Of a stretch of DNA of 10,442 nucleotides, positions 1-5,530 are shown in pieces. Position 1 is the first letter of the stretch. Every line of letters starts with the position of its first letter. The position numbers and the translations under genes were made by a program. A model generated the notes under the pieces. It was given only the letters and a program-made list of their open reading frames with translations. It did not search any database and had not been told where the DNA came from. Origin of the DNA: a candidate division WOR-3 bacterium (GTDB lineage Bacteria > Hydrothermota > Hydrothermia > LBFQ01 > DSFT01); NCBI GenBank assembly GCA_965649115.1, contig CBFGJN010000063.1:1-10442 (forward strand), given 5' to 3'.

Positions 1-127
1 GGGGGATTATTAGGGGGGCTCTGCCCCCCAAAGCCGAAATATGGGTATTTTAAAGGCGAAGCCTTGAATATAGGGTGGGTGGGAAAATAAAGAAAAATAA
101 ATAATTCCAGAATTATTGGACAAGGCA
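1..127 (+). mobile_element. MITE-like repeat copy A (left end cut off by window edge)
   Basis: Aligns by eye with 1268-1395: GGGGGATTATTAGGGGGGCTCTGCCCCCCAAAG, hairpin AAGGC-GAA-GCCTT (53-65), GGGTGGGTGGG (73-83), right TIR AATTATTGGACAAGGCA (111-127). Confidence 0.8.
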
Positions 128-147
128 TAAGATATAATCCTTAAAGC

Positions 148-157
148 TTTAAAATTT
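148..157 (+). promoter_or_regulatory. Putative -10 element (TTTAAAATTT; hexamer TAAAAT 150-155) for the tRNA-Val/GT2 transcript
   Basis: Same motif lies just upstream of nuoG, ctaB and glmM. An alternative perfect TATAAT is at 133-138. AT-rich background limits confidence. Confidence 0.45.
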
Positions 158-170
158 CAAACTTCTTTTA

Positions 171-244
171 GGGCGGGTAGCTCAGTAGGTGAGAGCGCTG
201 CCCTTACAAGGCAGAGGTCAGAGGTTCAAGTCCTCTCCCGCCCA
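171..244 (+). tRNA. tRNA-Val (anticodon TAC), CCA not encoded
   Basis: Acceptor stem GGGCGGG(171-177)/CCCGCCC(237-243), D-stem GCTC/GAGC, anticodon arm CTGCC-CTTACAA-GGCAG (TAC 205-207), T-arm AGAGG-TTCAAGT-CCTCT, discriminator A244 followed by TTT. Confidence 0.97.
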
Positions 245-247
245 TTT

Positions 248-913
248 ATTAAACCACTTATTATTATTCCAACTTATAATGAGTTTCCACAAATTTTAGA
301 ATTTATTTCAATTATTAAAAAACTAAATTACGAATTTTTATTCATAGATGATGGTTCTAATGATGGAACAACTGAAATTATAAAAGAATCAAATGTTAAT
401 TATATCAGAAATGAAAGAAATTTTGGTAAAGGTTATTCATTAAAAGTTGGTTTTGAGTATGCTATAATGAATAATTATGATTGTGTTATTACAATTGATG
501 CAGATAATCAACATCCAATAGAATATATTCCACTATTTTTAGAGAAATTAAAATTTTTTGATATTGTGATTGGTTCTCGTAGAAAACAAATGAATATAAA
601 GAAAATGCCTATGGATAGATATTTTTCAAATAGATTCAATTCCGCTTTTATATCAATTTTATGTTTAAAAAACATTCCCGATGCTCAAAGTGGATATAGA
701 GGTATAAAAATTGATGTTATAAAAAATTTAAAAATTAATTCTAATGGATTTGATTTTGAAACCGAATTTATTATAAAAGCAGTGAAGAAAGGTTATAAGG
801 TCGGTTATATTGATATTCCAGCTATTTATAATTCGAAAAAAAGCCATATTAAAAAATTTAAGGATACATTAAAGGTTTTAAAAGTTTATCTAAATGTAAT
901 TTTTCATAGTTAA
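248..913 (+). CDS. Glycosyltransferase family 2, DPM1-like (polyprenol-phosphate glycosyltransferase type); start extended upstream of the ORF-track ATG 467, probably ATT 248
   Basis: The frame upstream of 467 is open and reads IKPLIIIPTYNE...FIDDGSNDGT...NFGKG, the canonical GT2 N-terminus. Downstream are DAD (IDADNQH), IVIGSR, DAQSGYR and FDFETE motifs. No in-frame ATG/GTG/TTG lies between stop TAA 128-130 and 467. Confidence 0.88.
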   Translation: MKPLIIIPTYNEFPQILEFISIIKKLNYEFLFIDDGSNDGTTEIIKESNVNYIRNERNFGKGYSLKVGFEYAIMNNYDCVITIDADNQHPIEYIPLFLEKLKFFDIVIGSRRKQMNIKKMPMDRYFSNRFNSAFISILCLKNIPDAQSGYRGIKIDVIKNLKINSNGFDFETEFIIKAVKKGYKVGYIDIPAIYNSKKSHIKKFKDTLKVLKVYLNVIFHS

Positions 914-915
914 TT

Positions 916-1007
916 AAAGGCTAAAACTGGGTATTTTAGAGGACGTTAGGAAGCCGAAGGCTTAATTTCAGGGTGAGCTGGAAAATAAAGAATTATTGAA
1001 CACAGCA
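916..1007 (+). mobile_element. MITE-like repeat copy B (5'-truncated, degenerate)
   Basis: AAAGGCTAAAACTGGGTATTTTA, hairpin AAGCC-GAA-GGCTT (951-963), degenerate GGGTGAGCTGG, right TIR variant AATTATTGAACACAGCA (991-1007). Confidence 0.72.
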
Positions 1008-1016
1008 AAAAATTTA

Positions 1017-1180
1017 TGCTTTGTCTAGTGATTGATAATCAATCACTTATAAAAAATTCATTGAAATACTTGAAATAATGGGGGGATTAAGGGGGCGAAG
1101 CTTTTAAGGCGAAGCCTTATTTTCAGGGTGGGCGGGCAAAATAAGAAATAATCTATATTTCAGAATTACTAGACAAAACA
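1017..1180 (+). mobile_element. MITE-like repeat copy C (164 bp, internally deleted), flanked by exact 9-bp direct repeat AAAAATTTA
   Basis: Left TIR TGCTTTGTCTAGTGATT (1017-1033), right TIR AATTACTAGACAAAACA (1164-1180); AAAAATTTA at 1008-1016 and 1181-1189. Confidence 0.8.
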
Positions 1181-1189
1181 AAAAATTTA

Positions 1190-1395
1190 TGCTTTGTCCA
1201 ATAATTATTGTTAAATCCTTGATTATCAATAACTTATAAAAGTTTTGAGGAAATTATAGATTTTATGGGGGGATTATTAGGGGGGCTCTGCCCCCCAAAG
1301 GCAAAAAACGGGTATTTATAAGCCGAAGGCTTAATTATAGGGTGGGTGGGGAAAATATAGAAATAATCATATTTTTAGAATTACTAGACAAAACA
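1190..1395 (+). mobile_element. MITE-like repeat copy D (206 bp, full length)
   Basis: Left TIR TGCTTTGTCCAATAATT (1190-1206), right TIR AATTACTAGACAAAACA (1379-1395); IHF-like site, two hairpins and G-tract inside; colinear with the reverse complement of 10235-10438. Confidence 0.85.
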
Positions 1396-1414
1396 AAAAT
1401 TTATTTATTAGAAC

Positions 1415-1424
1415 TTTAAAATTT
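1415..1424 (+). promoter_or_regulatory. Putative -10 element (TAAAAT 1417-1422) 7 nt before the nuoG ATG; leaderless-type promoter
   Basis: ACTTTAAAATTTTCAAAATG with no Shine-Dalgarno; near-identical context upstream of glmM. Confidence 0.55.
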
Positions 1425-1429
1425 TCAAA

Positions 1430-3814
1430 ATGCCTAAAATTTTCATAAATAACAAAGAATATGAATTTAAACAAGGTGAAACAATTTTGGAGGTTGCTTG
1501 GAGAAATAACATATTTATTCCTGTTTTTTGTTATCATCCCAAAATGCCTTATGTAGCTGCTTGTAGAATTTGTAATGTTGAAGTTAAAGTAAATAATATC
1601 ACAAGAATTATGCCAGCATGTGCAACAGTGTGTTCAGACAATATGGAAGTTATAACAAATAGTCCTGTTGTTAAAAATGATATTCAAAAAGGTGTTCTTG
1701 AATTACTATTATTAAATCATCCTTTGGATTGTCCTACATGTGATGCGGGAGGGGAATGTGATTTACAAGAGCTAACATTAAGATTTGGAAGTGATAGAAG
1801 TAGATATGAATTCCCAAAGAGAGAATTTGAAAGGAAGAATGTTAGTCCATTTCTTGACCTTTATCCAAATAGATGTATTGAATGCGATAGATGTAGTAGA
1901 TTTTTTTGGTTAATTGGAGGAGGAACTGAATGGGGAACTTATAATAGGGGTTGGTATGAGGTTTTTGGTGTTTGGGAAAAAGAAATTATAGAAAATGAAT
2001 TTTCTGGAAATATGTGGGAAATTTGTCCTCTTGGTGCAATAAATGATGGAAGTTATAAATTCAAAGCAAGACCTTGGGAAATTGAAAGTATTGAAAGTAT
2101 TGCTCCTGACGATTCTATTGGTTCTAACATATATGTAGAAGTAAGAAGGAAAAAACCATTAAGTAGAGGACCTTTTGAAATTGGAGGGAGGAGAAAGGAT
2201 TTATTTAAAGTTTATAGAATCACTTCAAGGGATAACCCCTCTGTAAATGATTTTTGGCTTTCAGATAGGGAAAGATATTCTTATAGTTGGGTAAATGCTG
2301 AAAATAGAATTGCTTATCCAACAATTAAAGAAAATGGAAATTATAGAAAAGTTAATTGGGAATATATTTTAGATGCTATTTACGAAGATATTAAAAATTT
2401 AAAAAGTGATGAAATCGCTTTAATTAGTGGTGCAAGAAGTTCAAATGAAAGTGCATTTTTATCAAAGATATTATTTAAGGAATTTTTATTTACTGAAAAT
2501 ATAAGCTTTCTGAATTATGATAAAGACCCAATAAAAGAAGTTTTTGGATATTCAATTGGAAATGCTAAAATTACAGATATTGACACTGCTCAAAACATAA
2601 TTATTTTTGGTGATATTAAGAATAGCTTTCCAATCCTTGGAATTAGAATTATTAAAGCAAAAAGAAATAATGCTAATGTTTATGTTTTTAACTATTATAA
2701 GGAAAGGTACATAAGTGAAAATTGGGCAAAAGGTATTCTTTTTCATCCAAATGAGATTGAATTTTATGCTTATAAACTTGCAAAACTACTTAAAGATGGT
2801 GAAAAATTTGAAGATATTGAATTGAAAGATGGAAAAACTATTATTATTCTACCTGATAATTTACCATATAGTGTTATAAGAAATGTTTTAATTGGTTCAG
2901 TTTATAGAGAAAATTGTAAGGTTTTAATTTTGAGAACAAAACCCAATGCCCAAGGATTTATTGATGTTGGACTAAATAGTGTTTCAATTTATGATATTAT
3001 TCAAAATGCAAACGAAGGTAAAATTAAGGCATTATTTATTTGGCATACTGATTTAATTTTAGAATTTCCAAGTAGGAATGAAATTGAAAATGCTTTAAGT
3101 AAAATTCCTATAATTATTTATATTTCTCCCTTTGCAGATTATTCTATAAAATATGCAAAATATATCTTACCTGAAACGACAATTTTTGAAGAAGATGGAA
3201 GTAGAACAAATTGCGAAGGAAGGGTACAAATTCACAAACAAGCGTTATGGAATTATGAAGATAGTATGCCTGCTTGGTGGATATTCAAAAGTTTAATTAA
3301 AAGATTTGGAATAAATTTAAATATCAATTCAATAGATGATATTAGAAAATTGATGAAAAAAGAAGTTTTTGAATATAATAGTGTTAGCTTTGATAAAAAA
3401 CCAAATTATAGAAATTATCCACCATTTATTCCATCAATTAAAAAACTTATAAAATTTTATGAATATGATTTAGCAAATTATGTCCTTTCGTATAAGAAAA
3501 TTGATTTAATTGAGCCAAGTTTAAAACCAATTGAAAATGTCTTAATAACATCAAATCATATATACAAAAGCTCATTTTATGCATGTAGAAGTGAGATTTT
3601 TTATGATTACATAAAACCCTATATAAGGACTATTGAAGCAAATTCAAAAACATTAAAACAAATTGCTTGGGAAAAAACTATCAAAATTGGTGATGAAATT
3701 TTTGAAGTGAAAATTAATGAGGGTATTGTTGATAATGTTTTAATTTACAGACCACTTTTCTTTGATAGTAAAATAAATTACTACTTAAATAGGGAAGGTC
3801 TATTGAAATTATGA
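1430..3814 (+). CDS. nuoG: NADH-quinone oxidoreductase subunit G-like protein (2Fe-2S and 4Fe-4S domains plus molybdopterin-oxidoreductase-like domain)
   Basis: N1b motif FCYHP...AACRIC...PAC, N5 motif HPLDCPTCDAGGECDLQ, N4 motif RCIECDRC...FSGNMWEICPLGA, then FKARPWE and a C-terminal ILPETTIFEEDGSRTNCEGRVQ motif. Confidence 0.85.
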   Translation: MPKIFINNKEYEFKQGETILEVAWRNNIFIPVFCYHPKMPYVAACRICNVEVKVNNITRIMPACATVCSDNMEVITNSPVVKNDIQKGVLELLLLNHPLDCPTCDAGGECDLQELTLRFGSDRSRYEFPKREFERKNVSPFLDLYPNRCIECDRCSRFFWLIGGGTEWGTYNRGWYEVFGVWEKEIIENEFSGNMWEICPLGAINDGSYKFKARPWEIESIESIAPDDSIGSNIYVEVRRKKPLSRGPFEIGGRRKDLFKVYRITSRDNPSVNDFWLSDRERYSYSWVNAENRIAYPTIKENGNYRKVNWEYILDAIYEDIKNLKSDEIALISGARSSNESAFLSKILFKEFLFTENISFLNYDKDPIKEVFGYSIGNAKITDIDTAQNIIIFGDIKNSFPILGIRIIKAKRNNANVYVFNYYKERYISENWAKGILFHPNEIEFYAYKLAKLLKDGEKFEDIELKDGKTIIILPDNLPYSVIRNVLIGSVYRENCKVLILRTKPNAQGFIDVGLNSVSIYDIIQNANEGKIKALFIWHTDLILEFPSRNEIENALSKIPIIIYISPFADYSIKYAKYILPETTIFEEDGSRTNCEGRVQIHKQALWNYEDSMPAWWIFKSLIKRFGINLNINSIDDIRKLMKKEVFEYNSVSFDKKPNYRNYPPFIPSIKKLIKFYEYDLANYVLSYKKIDLIEPSLKPIENVLITSNHIYKSSFYACRSEIFYDYIKPYIRTIEANSKTLKQIAWEKTIKIGDEIFEVKINEGIVDNVLIYRPLFFDSKINYYLNREGLLKL

Positions 3815-5103
3815 AAACTTATAAAATTGTTAATTTAGGATGTCCAAAAAATGTCGTAGATAGTGAAATTATTATGGGTTTGTTGGAGAATGCTAATTAT
3901 AAATTTTCTGAAAATGGTAAAATTGTAATTATAAATACATGTGCTTTTATTGAAGATTCAATAAGGGAGAGTGAAAGTGAAATAGAAGAATATATTCAAA
4001 AGAAAAGGAATGGTGAAATTGAAAAATTAATTGTAGCTGGATGTCTTGTTCAAAGAAAAAAGCAAAAAATTTTAGAAGAATTTCCCGATATTGATTTAAT
4101 AATAGGACATGATGATATTGAAAAAATTGTAGATTTAATTGAAAATAAAGTAAAACCAAAAATTTTTGAGAATCCAAGATATATTCCAAACTCAAATTTA
4201 CCAAGAATTATTACAACAAATTATTATGCTTATGTTAAAATTGGTGAAGGTTGTTCAAGAAGATGTTCATTTTGTACAATTCCTTCAATTAGAGGAAATT
4301 TTCGTTCAAGACCTATTGAAGATATTGTAAATGAAGTGAAGATGCTATCAGAATTAAATGTAAAGGAAATTATATTAGTTGCACAAGATTTTACACTTTA
4401 TGGATATGACTTATATGGAAGATGTGCTATTGTTGATTTAATTGAGGAATTGAATAAAATTGATAAAATTGACTGGTTTAGAATTTTATATGTTCATCCT
4501 TATGGGATTGTAAAAAATGAAAATTTTGTTAAATTATTGGCAAATTCAAAATTTGTTCCCTATCTTGAAGTTCCAATTCAACATATAAATGATAGAATTC
4601 TAAAACTTATGAATAGAACAGGTGGTAAATTTGCTATATTAAAAGCTCTTGAAATAATAGAAAAATATCTAAAAAATTATACTTTAAGAACAGAGATTAT
4701 TGTTGGTTTTCCTTCTGAAACAGAAGATGAATTTAATGAATTAATGGATTTTATTTTGGATAGTCCATTTTCAAGAATTGGAGTTTTTCCATATTACAGA
4801 GAATTTTCAACACCTTCTTATAATTTTGAAAATCAAATAGATGAAAGTATTAAAAATGAAAGATATGAAATAGCAAAAGAAATTTCATTTAGGAAATTCT
4901 TAGAATTTCAAAAGCATTTAACAAATAAAAAAATTCCCGTTTTAATTGAAGATTATGAAAGAGGTTATTTTTATGGTAGAACAATTTACGATGCTCCAAA
5001 TGTAGATGGAAGGGTTATTCTTAAAGGTTCATTTAAAATTGGCAAAATTCACACCGTTGAAATAAATAGTGTAAATGAGGAGGGAGATTTAATTGTTAAG
5101 TGA
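3811..5103 (+). CDS. rimO: Ribosomal protein S12 methylthiotransferase RimO
   Basis: LGCPKNVVDSE, INTCAFIE, radical-SAM CSRRCSFC, VAQD, IVGFPSETE and TRAM-type GRTIYDAPNVDG; ATGA overlap with nuoG. Confidence 0.93.
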   Translation: MKTYKIVNLGCPKNVVDSEIIMGLLENANYKFSENGKIVIINTCAFIEDSIRESESEIEEYIQKKRNGEIEKLIVAGCLVQRKKQKILEEFPDIDLIIGHDDIEKIVDLIENKVKPKIFENPRYIPNSNLPRIITTNYYAYVKIGEGCSRRCSFCTIPSIRGNFRSRPIEDIVNEVKMLSELNVKEIILVAQDFTLYGYDLYGRCAIVDLIEELNKIDKIDWFRILYVHPYGIVKNENFVKLLANSKFVPYLEVPIQHINDRILKLMNRTGGKFAILKALEIIEKYLKNYTLRTEIIVGFPSETEDEFNELMDFILDSPFSRIGVFPYYREFSTPSYNFENQIDESIKNERYEIAKEISFRKFLEFQKHLTNKKIPVLIEDYERGYFYGRTIYDAPNVDGRVILKGSFKIGKIHTVEINSVNEEGDLIVK

Positions 5104-5530
5104 TGAAAAAATTTTTAAAATAATGTTAAAAGATTGTAAAAAATTATTAAAAAATGATGAAATACCGATTTGTGCTATAATTACTGATGGCAAGAAAATT
5201 ATTTCAAAAGGATTTAATAAAACGAAAAATGATGTTTTAGGACATGCTGAAATTATTGCTATTAAAAAAGCTATTAAAAAGCTAAAAGTTAAATTTTTAA
5301 ATGGTTTTAAAATTTATGTAAATGTTGAACCTTGTATTATGTGTTCTTTTGCTATTGTCCTTTCAAGAATTTCTGAATTAGTTTATGTTTTAAGAGAACC
5401 AAAATTTGGAGGTGTTTATAGTCTTTATCAAATTCCAAATGATATTAGATTAAATCATAGAGTTATTGTTAGAAAAGTTGATTATTTTGAAGAAGAATTT
5501 AAAAATTTATTAAAATTATGGAGAGAATAA
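5093..5530 (+). CDS. tadA: tRNA-specific adenosine deaminase TadA (nucleoside deaminase family)
   Basis: EIPICA, HAE and EPCIMC zinc motifs, EPKFGG and RLNH; TTG start preceded by SD-like GAGGAGGGAG within the rimO 3' end. Confidence 0.82.
   Translation: MLSDEKIFKIMLKDCKKLLKNDEIPICAIITDGKKIISKGFNKTKNDVLGHAEIIAIKKAIKKLKVKFLNGFKIYVNVEPCIMCSFAIVLSRISELVYVLREPKFGGVYSLYQIPNDIRLNHRVIVRKVDYFEEEFKNLLKLWRE

Noticed and set aside
117..122. TGGACA/TAGACA in the right TIR as an outward -35 box
   Set aside because: Spacing to TAAAAT is 26-27 nt (10 nt to TATAAT 133-138), incompatible with the 16-18 nt sigma70 spacer.
220..244. tRNA-Val as attachment site of an integrated island
   Set aside because: I saw no duplicated tRNA 3' end and no integrase, and the downstream genes are housekeeping-type.
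131..247. GT2 reading frame open through the whole tRNA
   Set aside because: No standard start codon, and the translated peptide shows no GT2 resemblance; probably chance in GC-rich tRNA sequence.
467..913. ATG 467 as the GT2 start
   Set aside because: It would delete the conserved IPTYNE, DDGS and GKG nucleotide-binding motifs encoded in frame upstream.
1033..1041. Fur box at TGATAATCA
   Set aside because: Only a partial match to the 19-bp Fur consensus; the IHF consensus and palindrome explain the site better.
916..1395. CRISPR array
   Set aside because: Units are 92-206 bp and homologous along their length; there is no short-repeat/unique-spacer pattern and no cas genes.
2552..2746. 64-aa minus-strand ORF
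   Set aside because: Short, antisense inside nuoG, no recognisable motif.
3947..4204. 85-aa minus-strand ORF
   Set aside because: Antisense shadow of rimO; its F/L/Q-rich composition reflects reverse-complemented A-rich codons.
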